A DNA stretch of 64,000 nt from Nitrospinales bacterium (GCA_965223795.1 CBDCXL010000002.1:2304001-2368000); one strand, 5' to 3'. Counted from the stretch's first letter, positions 19,895-29,501 are shown. Made by a program: numbers and translations. Notes: generated by a model not told the origin, from the letters alone.

Positions 19895-20269
19895 ATGAAA
19901 TCGATCCTCATCGTGGACGATGAAGAAAATATTCGCTTTCTGTACAAGGAAGAATTTGAAAGCGAGGGCTGCCGGGTTTCGCTCGCAGAGACCGCCGAGG
20001 AAGCGCTTGAATTGCTGGAAAAAGAGCGATTCGACGTGGTTTGCCTGGACATCAAGCTGCCGGGAATGGACGGCATCCATTTCCTGGAAGTTCTGAAAGA
20101 CCGGTGGCCGGACATTCCTGTGGTGATCAGCTCCGCCTACGGGCATTACAAGCAGGATTTCCGCGTCTGGGGCGCGCACGGGTATGTCGTCAAATCCGCC
20201 GACCTCACGGAGTTGAAAGACAAAGTGAAAGAATCGATCGATGCCTGCGCGCTCGCCGGCGACCGGTGA
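19895..20269 (+). CDS. Single-domain response regulator receiver
   Basis: ILIVDDE, LDIKLPGMDG, SAY, YVVKS. AAAGGAG RBS. Confidence 0.9.
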   Translation: MKSILIVDDEENIRFLYKEEFESEGCRVSLAETAEEALELLEKERFDVVCLDIKLPGMDGIHFLEVLKDRWPDIPVVISSAYGHYKQDFRVWGAHGYVVKSADLTELKDKVKESIDACALAGDR

Positions 20270-20440
20270 GATAAGGCCGGGTTCCTGAGTTCTTTTCATC
20301 TAAGGGAATCCGGCTTGTGATCGTGAAGCACGTCCTTCCTGTTTTCACTTTTTACCCCGCCTGTTTCTCCACAGAGAATACATCTTCTTTGGACCCGCAT
20401 GGGTTTTTATGCCGCGGATGCCCTGCGGCCGCGCCGGTGT

Positions 20441-21340
20441 TCAGAACGTGAACACAAAATCCACATTGGTCCTCCAGTCGAACAGATCTTCCCGCTCGGT
20501 GATGGGAAACTCGTAGCCCGCGCCCATCTGGATGTGGTTGTTGAATTTGTAGCGCGCGCCCAAACCCATCGTCACCACGGTGCCGGAGTCGGTGCTGCCG
20601 AAGTTGAACACATCGTTGCCTTCAAAATCGTCGATGCCGGTTCGGGTGCCGTCATCGATGGTGGTCTGTCCGTTGAATTCAATCATCGGGAACAGGTTTT
20701 TGTAGATCTCGTAGTCCACGTGCGCCGACCAGTGCCAGAAGGAACTGTCGTTGTCCCCATCGATGGCGAGGTCCAGTCCGGTGCTGCCCTGCACGCCGAG
20801 CTTGCCGAACGCCTGCGCGCCGGTGACGAACAGGTCGATCAATCCGTCGCCGCTGCCCTGCAGGTCGATGCCGGCTGTGGACAACGACCCTGTGGGGGCC
20901 TCGTACTCCGCGCCGACGGTGAGGATCCTCTCCCGGCTCGGATCGGAGATGAGGGCGTACTTGAATCCGAAGGAGATGTTCGCGAATCCATCGGTGTCCG
21001 GCAGCACGCTGTCGAACTGCACGTCGGCGTAGCCGTCTTTGGTGGCGATGAATCCGAGGCGTTCGGTCAACGCCACTCTGAGTTCGAGCGCGAACAGGTT
21101 CACCTGGCCGCCGCCGGTCACAAACGATGAGGGTATGTTGTGGTGAATCCAGATCGGGCGGGCCTCGGTGGTGATGTAGGGGGTTTCGTTGAAAATCGGG
21201 TTGGACAAAGGAGGAACGTAGCGCTGGTGCTTGCCTTCTCCCAGAGAGCCGTGAAAATCCAGATCGAACGCGTGCGCGGGAACTGTGAGTGCGAGTACGG
21301 CGATGAGCGTGCCTGCGGCAAGGGGTGCTTGGAACTTCAT
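20441..21340 (-). CDS. Exported putative outer-membrane beta-barrel protein
   Basis: Signal peptide ending AHA, amphipathic beta strands, C-terminal DFVFTF. Confidence 0.7.
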   Translation of the reverse strand: MKFQAPLAAGTLIAVLALTVPAHAFDLDFHGSLGEGKHQRYVPPLSNPIFNETPYITTEARPIWIHHNIPSSFVTGGGQVNLFALELRVALTERLGFIATKDGYADVQFDSVLPDTDGFANISFGFKYALISDPSRERILTVGAEYEAPTGSLSTAGIDLQGSGDGLIDLFVTGAQAFGKLGVQGSTGLDLAIDGDNDSSFWHWSAHVDYEIYKNLFPMIEFNGQTTIDDGTRTGIDDFEGNDVFNFGSTDSGTVVTMGLGARYKFNNHIQMGAGYEFPITEREDLFDWRTNVDFVFTF

Positions 21341-21475
21341 GGTGGTTGCCTCCTTTGTCTTTGTCTGATCGGATACATATAAAGAGACAACCGGAGGATT
21401 GATTTATTCCCCTTTTGTTGCGAATAAACGGGATATCCTTGAGCCGAACGGCAAGGCGGGGAGAGAAGCGAGGAT

Positions 21476-23326
21476 TCAGTTCCGGGGCAGGGTGGGGTTG
21501 TTCGTGCTTTTGGCGTTGCCCGGGTTTTCGACGCCGTTTGACTCCGGTGAAAAACTGATCACCGTGTCACCGGGTTTGGGTACAGTCTTTGACTCGGGAA
21601 AATTGAAATCGATGGTGCCTTTTGCATGAATGAGCATGATGGGTTCGAGTTTCCCATCATTGGTTTCCATGAAATCTTCATAATCGAATTCCTTGGTGAG
21701 CCGGGTTTTTTTGAATCGCCAACCCCGGAACCAGCGGCTGATCCAGTCTTCGAAAAGAAGTTTTTTGCTGAACGCCACACGGCCGCGCGAGGCGCTGCGC
21801 ACTTCCTTGCTTTCTTCCTTCGTTTCATGCACTTCCAGTTGAAAAACTTTGTCGCGGCCGAAGTGGCTGATAAACGCATTGCACACCAGCGCATTGTAGG
21901 CGTCGTTGCCGGTCGCCGCCAGCAGGTAGCCCATTTCGGATAATTCCAGATAGGCCTCCCGGTTTTCCGACAGGATTTCCCCATAGTGGATCGGCAGCCC
22001 TTCCAGGCGGGCCTCCTTCAAACTGTGCCAGGAACTGTCCACCAGCATGACCGGCAATCCGGAGTCGGACAGAATCCGGGCCAGTCCGATGCTCCAGGCG
22101 TTCGACCCCACGATCAGCACGCCTTCGCGGTGGCCCGTGGCCAGGCCCAGCTTGTTCGCCAGCCACTGGATGCTGAATCCGTGCAGCAGGACGGTGGCAA
22201 AAATCACCGAAAAGATCAGCGGGCTCAGCAGGTGTGCATCCGGATAGCCGCGCTCCGCCAACTCCAGCCCGACAAATCCCGCCACGGATGCGGCGATGAT
22301 GCCCCTGGGGGCGATCCATCCGATGAACAGTTTTTCCTGCCATTTCAAACCGGAGCCGAATGTGGCGATCCAGACCGCCGCCGGCCGGACAAAAAACAGG
22401 AAGCAGATGAGAAAGGCGACGCCGCGCCAGTCGAGATTGGCGATGGCCTTGAGATCGGTGTCGGCGGTCAGAATGATGAATACCACCGAAACCAGTATGA
22501 GCGTGATGTGTTCCTTGAATTGCCTCAGCTCGTAGATGATCAGCATGTTGATGTTGCCCATGGTCATGCCCAGCACGGTCACGGCCAGCAGCCCGATCTC
22601 TTCCTGCATGAGGTTGGCCACCACATACACCGACAGCACGATGGAAAAAACGATGGGCAGTTTGAGAAACTCCGGAGCGTGCCCTTTTTCAAAAAGAAAC
22701 TTCAAGAGGTAACCCGCCGCGATTCCCAGCAGAATCGCAATGGTGATCGCGCCTGCCAGATGGAAAAAGGTCGCCTGGGTCAGTTGCAGATCTCCGGTGA
22801 CGACCAGAAATTCAAAAACCAGGACGGCCAGCAGCACGCCGATGGGATCGTTGATGATGCCTTCCCATTTCAGGATGAGGGAGGTGCGGGCTTCGAGCTT
22901 GGTGCGCCGGATCAGCGGCAGGATGACGGTGGGCCCGGTGACGACCAGAATGGCGGAAACGAGCAGGGAGACCGTGACGGAAAACCCACCCACAAAACGG
23001 CACACCAGGTAACCGAAACCAAAGGACAGCGGCAGGCCCACCAGGATCAGCTGCCACAGGGCGCGGCCCGCGTGCTTGAGTTCATGGAACCTGAGATTCA
23101 GCCCCGCTTCAAACAAAATGATGGCGACCGCCAGTTTGATGATGGCGGGCAGCAGGGTGCCAAAATCCTCACTGGGATTGACCAGGTTGAGAAGGGGGCC
23201 CAGCACGATCCCCGCGATGGAGAACAGGATGATGGAAGGAAATTTCAGGCGCCACGAAACCCATTGCGAGAGAATCCCCAATATGATGATGAGTGCCACC
23301 TGATGAACAATGCTGATGGATTCCAT
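21476..23326 (-). CDS. CPA1-family cation:proton antiporter with a C-terminal TrkA-N-like domain
   Basis: About 12 TM helices; ILFEAG, TGPTV, EGIINDPIG, APRGIIAA. Confidence 0.9.
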   Translation of the reverse strand: MESISIVHQVALIIILGILSQWVSWRLKFPSIILFSIAGIVLGPLLNLVNPSEDFGTLLPAIIKLAVAIILFEAGLNLRFHELKHAGRALWQLILVGLPLSFGFGYLVCRFVGGFSVTVSLLVSAILVVTGPTVILPLIRRTKLEARTSLILKWEGIINDPIGVLLAVLVFEFLVVTGDLQLTQATFFHLAGAITIAILLGIAAGYLLKFLFEKGHAPEFLKLPIVFSIVLSVYVVANLMQEEIGLLAVTVLGMTMGNINMLIIYELRQFKEHITLILVSVVFIILTADTDLKAIANLDWRGVAFLICFLFFVRPAAVWIATFGSGLKWQEKLFIGWIAPRGIIAASVAGFVGLELAERGYPDAHLLSPLIFSVIFATVLLHGFSIQWLANKLGLATGHREGVLIVGSNAWSIGLARILSDSGLPVMLVDSSWHSLKEARLEGLPIHYGEILSENREAYLELSEMGYLLAATGNDAYNALVCNAFISHFGRDKVFQLEVHETKEESKEVRSASRGRVAFSKKLLFEDWISRWFRGWRFKKTRLTKEFDYEDFMETNDGKLEPIMLIHAKGTIDFNFPESKTVPKPGDTVISFSPESNGVENPGNAKSTNNPTLPRN

Positions 23327-23607
23327 TCGGATGCGATTTCCAGGATGGGATTGTCGATGCCGGAAGGACTCGTTACCGCAGTGAGGCCGGCACCATTATA
23401 ACGCAGCCGCTTGCGATTGCGAGGGGACAATATCCATGCAGTTTCGATAAATGAGGCGAGTGAGGGTGAAATCAAAAAAGCCGGGAGAAATTATCTTGCG
23501 GCATGAATTCAAAAAAGGAAAAAAATAAGGCAAAATGAGGCCCGGGCCTAAATTTGCAGGCGGTCCGGACTTTTTCGTTCAACCCGAGCCACGATGGGAG
23601 CCGCCCC

Positions 23608-24756
23608 TTGATCGATCGCAACGATATCGAAGAAAACGAGAAGACGGCGCTCGCGCCTTACGCGGTGCGCAGCGGGGACAGCCGGGGCCGCCAGCACGCG
23701 GAGCCGGAGCATCCCTACCGCACGCGCTTTCAGCGGGACCGCGACCGGGTGATCCACAGCTCGGCGTTCCGCAGGCTGGAATACAAGACCCAGGTGTTCG
23801 TCTACCACGAGGGCGATTACTACCGCACCCGGCTCACGCACTCTCTGGAAGTGGCGCAGATCGCGCGCTCGATCTGCAAGTCCCTGCAGCTCAACGAAGA
23901 CCTGGCGGAAGCGATCGCGCTGTCGCACGATCTGGGGCACCCGCCGTTCGGGCACACGGGGCAGAATGTTCTGAACAAACTGATGCAGGACCACGGCGGG
24001 TTCGAGCACAACAAGCAGAGCCTGCGCATCGTGAAGCTGCTGGAGAAGCGCTACCCGGAATTCGCGGGGCTGAACCTCACCTGGGAGGTGCTGGAAGGGA
24101 TCAGCAAACATTCGAAGGATGCGGAAAATCCGATCACCCGGCAGGCAGGGTTCCGCTACCCGTCGCTCGAGGCGCAGGTGGTCGACCACGCCGACGGCAT
24201 CGCCTACAACGCCCACGACCTGGACGACGGCATCACCTCCAACCTTCTGGACCTTGCGGAACTCAGGAAGGTGGCGCTGTGGACGGAGAACGAGGCGTGG
24301 CTGGATCAGAATTACGCCAACCTGGACTTCAAGCTGAAGAAATACCAGATCGTGCGCCGCATCATCAACGACCTGATCACGGATTTCAGGGAAAGCACGC
24401 TCAAGAACCTGTCCGCGCTGGACATCCGCAGCGCCGACGACATCCGCTGCGCTTCCAGCCGGGCCGCGGGTTTCAGCCCGGAAACGGATGCCAAGAACAA
24501 AGAGCTCAAACGATTTCTGTTCAAGAACATGTACACGCACCGCAGGGTCCGGCGCATGGAATTCAAAGCCAAATTGTATCTAACGGAGATATTTCAAGCG
24601 TACGTCAAGATTCCGGAACTGCTTCCGGGAACCCTTCTGGATGGGAAAAGGGAAGACCCGTTCGAACGGAGGTTGTGCGACTACATTTCCGGGATGACCG
24701 ACCGCTACGCCATTCGTGAATACAAGCGGCTGTTCACACCGGATGAAAAAGAGTGA
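23608..24756 (+). CDS. dgt: Deoxyguanosinetriphosphate triphosphohydrolase-like protein
   Basis: FQRDRDRVIHSSAFRRL.YKTQV, RTRLTHSLEV, HDLGHPPFGH, DYISGMTD. TTG at 23608 after GGGAG. Confidence 0.93.
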   Translation: MIDRNDIEENEKTALAPYAVRSGDSRGRQHAEPEHPYRTRFQRDRDRVIHSSAFRRLEYKTQVFVYHEGDYYRTRLTHSLEVAQIARSICKSLQLNEDLAEAIALSHDLGHPPFGHTGQNVLNKLMQDHGGFEHNKQSLRIVKLLEKRYPEFAGLNLTWEVLEGISKHSKDAENPITRQAGFRYPSLEAQVVDHADGIAYNAHDLDDGITSNLLDLAELRKVALWTENEAWLDQNYANLDFKLKKYQIVRRIINDLITDFRESTLKNLSALDIRSADDIRCASSRAAGFSPETDAKNKELKRFLFKNMYTHRRVRRMEFKAKLYLTEIFQAYVKIPELLPGTLLDGKREDPFERRLCDYISGMTDRYAIREYKRLFTPDEKE

Positions 24757-24865
24757 CGGAACGACCCGGTTCCCATTGTCCCCGGTAATGGGAAGCGGGC
24801 TGCGGTTTATGGCTGCAAGGAAAGGCGTCCATTTGGGCGCGTTTCCTGGGTTGGTGCGGGAAAGA

Positions 24866-25078
24866 TCATTTCCTTTTGAATTCGTCGGAAAAATCGGGAA
24901 ACTCGACATCGAGGATGTCGCGCACCATCCGCGGCACCCGGCCCTTGGCGAGCTTGCCGATGTAAATGTCGTTGGTGGCTTCGTGGAAGCTTTTCCAGTG
25001 TTCCCGGCTCAATTCCTGCTTGGTGATCAGTTTTTTCAATTTTCCGTCCGGGCCGAAAATTCGAACCTCATGAAGCAT
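24866..25078 (-). CDS. Small hypothetical protein
   Basis: GGAGG RBS before ATG at 25078 (MLHEVRIFGPDGKLKK...). Confidence 0.6.
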   Translation of the reverse strand: MLHEVRIFGPDGKLKKLITKQELSREHWKSFHEATNDIYIGKLAKGRVPRMVRDILDVEFPDFSDEFKRK

Positions 25079-25320
25079 AATGCACCTCCCCATTGGGTTG
25101 ATCTCACTTGCCGCGAGGATGCTGATCAGCAAGTATGTTGTTAATAAATATAATTTTGTCGCGCCCAATTCGTAAGGAGAGCGGTCACAAATAATTGTGA
25201 TACAAATTACATTTACCGGAGGGGTGCGTGTAAGAAATGGGTTGGGAGCCGGGGTGGGCGGCGCCGTCCCGGCGCCTGCCGCCGCGACTGGGCGGGTTCT
25301 GATTGGAAAAGGGGGAGTTC

Positions 25321-25899
25321 ATGAAAAACGTGCGCGCGATCTGCGTGTTCTGCGCTTCCAGTTCGGCTGTGGCGCCGGTCTATAAAGAAGCCGCGACGGA
25401 CCTGGGGCGCCGCATGGGGATGCTGGGCGTGGAGTTGATCTACGGCGGCGCGTCGATCGGGCTGATGGGCTGCGTGGCGCGGGGGGTGCACGAAAAAGGC
25501 GGGCGAGTGACCGGGGTTCTGCCGGCTTTTTTCAAAACGAAAGACATCGAATACATCGAGGCCGATCAGCTGATCGTCACGCAGGACATGCGGGAGCGCA
25601 AGGCGGAACTGGATAAGCGCTCGGACGGGTTCATCGTGCTGCCCGGCGGCATCGGAACGCTGGAGGAGGCGATGGAAATCCTGTCCCTGCGTCAGCTCAA
25701 ACAGACGGACCGGCCGCTGGTGTTCGTCAACACGGAAGGGTTTTACGACGGGCTGCTCTCCCATCTCAAGGAAATCGTCGCGCTCAACTTCGCCAAAAAG
25801 AACACACTGGACCTGTTCGGCGTCGCCGCCGATCCCCAAGGCGCGCTGGACTACATCATGAACTTCAATGCGGCCGGTCCCATACCGGATAAGGTATGA
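25321..25899 (+). CDS. LOG-family nucleotide phosphoribohydrolase
   Basis: CVFCAS, YGG..GLMG, MRERK, PGGIGTLEE. Confidence 0.92.
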   Translation: MKNVRAICVFCASSSAVAPVYKEAATDLGRRMGMLGVELIYGGASIGLMGCVARGVHEKGGRVTGVLPAFFKTKDIEYIEADQLIVTQDMRERKAELDKRSDGFIVLPGGIGTLEEAMEILSLRQLKQTDRPLVFVNTEGFYDGLLSHLKEIVALNFAKKNTLDLFGVAADPQGALDYIMNFNAAGPIPDKV

Positions 25900-25971
25900 A
25901 GCTCATGCGAGCTGGTGTTCCGCTTGCAATACGAGTTTTAAGGGTAGGCGAAACGATGACGCCCGTTCAGG

Positions 25972-26664
25972 CTAGTTGGCCTGGACGGTCAGGTCGGGGT
26001 GAAGGGCTTCCTTGAGGAAGTTTTCGATGTAATTGAGGGTGCCGGTGGTGGAGCTGGGGCAGCTGCCGCAGGCGCCCTGATAATGGATCTTCACGACGTT
26101 GCCTTCGATGCCCAGAATGTCGAGCCCGCCGCCGTCGTTGGACAGTGCCGGCCGGATGGCCACATCCAGAAGCGCTTCGATCACCTTGGTCTTCTCCTCG
26201 TTGCTGCAGTTGGGAAAATCCTCCTTGCGGAAACCTTCCAGAACCGGTTCGAGGTTTGCGGACGCCTCTTTGGGCTCATCGCCGCTTTCGTAAAACGTGA
26301 GGTGTTTTTCTATGGCCGCGCCGATGTTCTCGGTCACCGTGTGCCAGCCGACCACACCGGATTTGGTGACGGTGACGAAATTTTCCTTCACGAACACATT
26401 CTCGATGCCAAAGATGGCGAACAGGGACTCCGCCAGCACATCGCCTTTGGCTTCCCCGGCGTTGTTGAAGGAGCGGGTGCCGGCGGCGATCACCGGACCG
26501 TTGAGGATGAACTGAAACGCATCGGGGTTCGGCGTGGGCTGGATGCGGACGACTTTGAACGTGCCTTTGCCCTCGGCGGAGCCACCATCAGGCGCTGCCG
26601 TCTGGCTTTCCTCAGCGGCGGGTTTGCCGAACCATTTGCCAAATAAATTGTCGATGAATCCCAT
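25972..26664 (-). CDS. NfuA/NifU-like Fe-S carrier (Nfu N-terminal plus NifU C-terminal domains)
   Basis: PTPNPDAFQF; IRPAL..DGG; GACGSCPSS. Confidence 0.88.
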   Translation of the reverse strand: MGFIDNLFGKWFGKPAAEESQTAAPDGGSAEGKGTFKVVRIQPTPNPDAFQFILNGPVIAAGTRSFNNAGEAKGDVLAESLFAIFGIENVFVKENFVTVTKSGVVGWHTVTENIGAAIEKHLTFYESGDEPKEASANLEPVLEGFRKEDFPNCSNEEKTKVIEALLDVAIRPALSNDGGGLDILGIEGNVVKIHYQGACGSCPSSTTGTLNYIENFLKEALHPDLTVQAN

Positions 26665-26739
26665 GGTGTTTTCCGGCGGGAAGCGCCGCCGTTCGGAACG
26701 GGAAATGCGCGAGTGCAACGATCTATTAGACCAGAATTT

Positions 26740-27270
26740 TCACCCGATCTCAAGGGATTGCAGGGTATTTGTGAAAATGGCGAGGCTTTCTGCGTCGAAC
26801 AGCACGAACCGCACCGACTTCAGTCCGGTGTCGCCGGACAGGTGTTGGACCGCCGCCTCAAGCAGGATGCGCGCCGCCGGCTCGAGGGGAAAGCCGAAAA
26901 TGCCTGTGGACAGGGCCGGAAGGGCGATCGAGCGCAGCCCCTTTTCGTCGGCCCGTTTGAGGCTGTGGAGGCAGGCGCTTTTGAGTTTGGCGTCCTCGCC
27001 GCCTTCGCCCCATTTGGGGCCGACGGCGTGGATCACGAATTTCGCACGCAGGTTTCCACCTGTGGTGACCACCGCTTCGCCGACGGGACAGGAACCCAGG
27101 GCGCTGCATTCCTGCTGGATGGCCGGGCCGCCTTTTCTGGCGATGGCGCCGGCGACGCCGCCGCCCAGGATCAGCCGGGAATTGGCCGCGTTGACGATGG
27201 CGTCGGCGTCGTTTTCGGTGATGTCCCCCTGCAAAAGCTCGATTTCCGAATCATTCACCTGGACTTTCAT
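26740..27270 (-). CDS. Macro domain protein (YmdB-like)
   Basis: GDIT, DAIVNAAN, GGGVAGAI, IHAVGP, STGIFGFP. Confidence 0.93.
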   Translation of the reverse strand: MKVQVNDSEIELLQGDITENDADAIVNAANSRLILGGGVAGAIARKGGPAIQQECSALGSCPVGEAVVTTGGNLRAKFVIHAVGPKWGEGGEDAKLKSACLHSLKRADEKGLRSIALPALSTGIFGFPLEPAARILLEAAVQHLSGDTGLKSVRFVLFDAESLAIFTNTLQSLEIG

Positions 27271-27698
27271 TTTCCTGTCGAGCCGAATCCGTTGTCTCCC
27301 CGGCCGGAGTCTTCCAGCGAGTCCACCTTCACGAACTGGACGCGTTCGACCTTCTGCACCAGCAACTGGGCGATCTTGTCGCCCGGCTGGACGCAGTGAT
27401 CGGTGTCCGTGTGGTTGAACAGCAGCACTTTCACCTCGCCGCGGTAGCCCGCATCGATGACGCCGGCGCCGCAGTCGAGCCCCTGTTTCACCGCAAGTCC
27501 GCTGCGCGGCCAGATGAGCCCGACGCAGCCGGGGGGCAGGCTGAGACGGATTCCGGTGCCGACCAGTTTGCGGCCGCGCGCCGGTATCCGTGCTTCTTCG
27601 GAAGAATGCAGGTCCGCGCCGGCGTCGCCGGGATGGGCGTACTGCGGCAGCCGGTCGCCCGTGACATCGCAGCGCGGCCGGTTTGTTTGGGTGAGCAT
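27267..27698 (-). CDS. dut: dUTP diphosphatase
   Basis: AGADL, PRSGLA, GVIDAGYRGE, IAQL, RGDNGFGSTG. Confidence 0.95.
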   Translation of the reverse strand: MLTQTNRPRCDVTGDRLPQYAHPGDAGADLHSSEEARIPARGRKLVGTGIRLSLPPGCVGLIWPRSGLAVKQGLDCGAGVIDAGYRGEVKVLLFNHTDTDHCVQPGDKIAQLLVQKVERVQFVKVDSLEDSGRGDNGFGSTGK

Positions 27699-27730
27699 GG
27701 ATTTCCCCCGGTTCGGTTTATCAGACATTC

Positions 27731-27759
27731 ACTATAATGCAGGGACCCACGCGGAGCAA
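27731..27759 (-). promoter_or_regulatory. Putative sigma70 promoter of dut
   Basis: TTGCTC-N17-TATAGT on the minus strand. Confidence 0.45.
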
Positions 27760-27846
27760 GGCCGCGGGAGTTGCTGTGGCAATGGCGGGGAACGCGGGGA
27801 AATGCGTGAAGCGGGGATAATATGCGGTATTGGGATTGATATGAAA

Positions 27847-28278
27847 AATGCCTCGCCCGTTGCCGATCCAAAGAAAATTCAAAAAGCGGCTGGTTGAAGC
27901 GCACCCGTCCTTGACATGGGAATGGGATTGAAACCGGAAAACCTGGACACGGACGGGCGAGGCATTGAAAAGCAAGAAAGGAGGCGGGTTGCTATTTTGA
28001 CAAGCGAAACGGCGTGAGTTTCGCTGTGCCACGAAAAGGAGGTTCCATCATCTTTGTACGCCACTTGGAAGGAATTCTGTTGCCGATACAAATGCAGGTT
28101 TCGGCTGGCGCTCGTTGCATATGGGGGTATGGGAAGGGGTTTGAGACTGGCGTACATCCCGTTCGCTATCATCCTTTTCTCGAAAGAATTCCGGGGATGT
28201 GTCTCGTTCAAGATGGATTCCTCTCTTTCAACAGCAACCCGCCAGTGGAAGTTCTTATCCGCAGAAAGCGGCGGGTTG
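27847..28278 (-). ncRNA. Candidate large structured non-coding RNA or leader
   Basis: Perfect 14-bp (27847-27860/27953-27966) and 11-bp (27983-27993/28233-28243) long-range inverted repeats plus several 8-9 bp stems. Lies downstream of an NrdR-boxed promoter. Confidence 0.45.
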
Positions 28279-28354
28279 ATCGTGAATGGTGCCGATAAAA
28301 ATTATTAATATGCCGATAAAACCTAGATTTTGTAACCGATTAGGGCCGTCCAGC

Positions 28355-28409
28355 ACCCCCTATCTAGTGTGGCCAGAGAACGGTAGCACTACATATAGTG
28401 GCCTGTCAA
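28355..28409 (-). promoter_or_regulatory. Sigma70 promoter overlapped by tandem NrdR boxes
   Basis: Boxes ACCCCCTATCTAGTGT (28355) and GCACTACATATAGTGG (28386), starts 31 bp apart. Minus-strand TTGACA (28404-28409)-N18-TACCGT (28380-28385). Confidence 0.75.
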
Positions 28410-28510
28410 GGGCTAAAAATTAAAATTTCTTCATTTTCAGGATATTGGCAATGATATCAATATGTTATATGGAGGAACTTTTTCCGGAGATCCGATTTTT
28501 TTGCCACCGG

Positions 28511-28557
28511 ATACTACATAATGTGTCCTCATACTTCGCATAATCTACATATTGTGG
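28511..28557. promoter_or_regulatory. Second tandem pair of NrdR-like boxes
   Basis: ATACTACATAATGTGT (28511) and AATCTACATATTGTGG (28542), again 31 bp apart. Confidence 0.6.
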
Positions 28558-28715
28558 GGTGTCGCTTTCCCGCGGGCGTGCCGTTTTCCGGAATATCGGA
28601 GGGAGCGCTTTTATTTCAAGGAGCTGCAAAATAAAAAACCAGCGATTTCCTCATTTTACGGGGCGGACGCCGAGGCTTTCCATTAACCATTTGTTATTAA
28701 ACAGCTTATTTTTCC

Positions 28716-28724
28716 TGTGGATAA
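28716..28724 (-). promoter_or_regulatory. Consensus DnaA box
   Basis: TGTGGATAA is the reverse complement of TTATCCACA. Confidence 0.45.
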
Positions 28725-28963
28725 AATTGTGAGTTTCGGGCTTTCACGCCCTGTTTTGCCGGCCGCCCTTCACCCCACGGAATCGGATTATTCGTTCCGA
28801 AAAGCACTCTGTGGCCGCCTGATCCCCGGTTGCAGGAAAAATGTGACCTGGCTCCGGTTTCGGTTTTTTCCCTTCATTTCTCCGGCAGGGTTTTTCGGTT
28901 TATCCCGCCGGTCGATCGGGATGGCTGCACAGTTCTCTGAAACACATCGGATTTTATGTGGTT

Positions 28964-29325
28964 TCAGTTGAGCCGGGTGCGGATGCTCTGCGTGTCGACA
29001 CGGCTGTAATGGCCGTTGGGCTCGCATTTCGCGAGAGAAAAACAGTCCTCGGTGCCCAGATCGCACAGAAACTCCACCGCGAGCGCCTGACTCTGGCATT
29101 CGGGGCAGCCCTTTCCGGTGAGGTGCGCTTTCACCTTGCCGAGCAGGCCTTCCTGCGTTTTGCGGTCCTGGGTGACGATGAACTTGTAATGGCAGTGCCC
29201 GCACGCGGCCTGGGTGTCGCAGAGACCGCGGCAGCTCGCAGCTCAGTGACTTCAAACCGGGTGTTGAGGCAGACGGGACAGGGGATTGTTTGAATCAGGG
29301 TTTCCACCACTTCCAGTGTGCTCAT
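28964..29325 (-). pseudogene. Cys-rich double zinc-ribbon protein, about 121 aa, with two frameshifts near 29230-29250
   Basis: AAGGAG RBS; MSTLEVV..CPVC..FEV in frame 1, LSCEL in frame 2, RGLCDTQAACGHC...CPEC...LCDL...C..AKC..GH...RLN* in frame 3. Confidence 0.7.
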
Positions 29326-29501
29326 GATCCACGCTCCTTGCATGCGCCGTGAACGTTCATCAACGCCCGTTGCAAAGTCGGAACGGGGCGGGTTTCCTTT
29401 CGCCCAAGCCTGCGGGGCGGATGCCGGAGGTGGTTGTGAAGCCTGTATTTAAAGGGCTTTGAGGAAAAAAGGGGAGGCGGGCCTGTGGCGCGGACCGGGA
29501 T

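Noticed and set aside
28291..28320. Two GCCGATAA copies as sigma28 -10 elements
   Set aside because: TAAA spacing is 12 rather than 15, and no plus-strand gene follows.
28300..28760. Replication origin
   Set aside because: Only one consensus DnaA box was seen and no dnaA/dnaN/gidA context.
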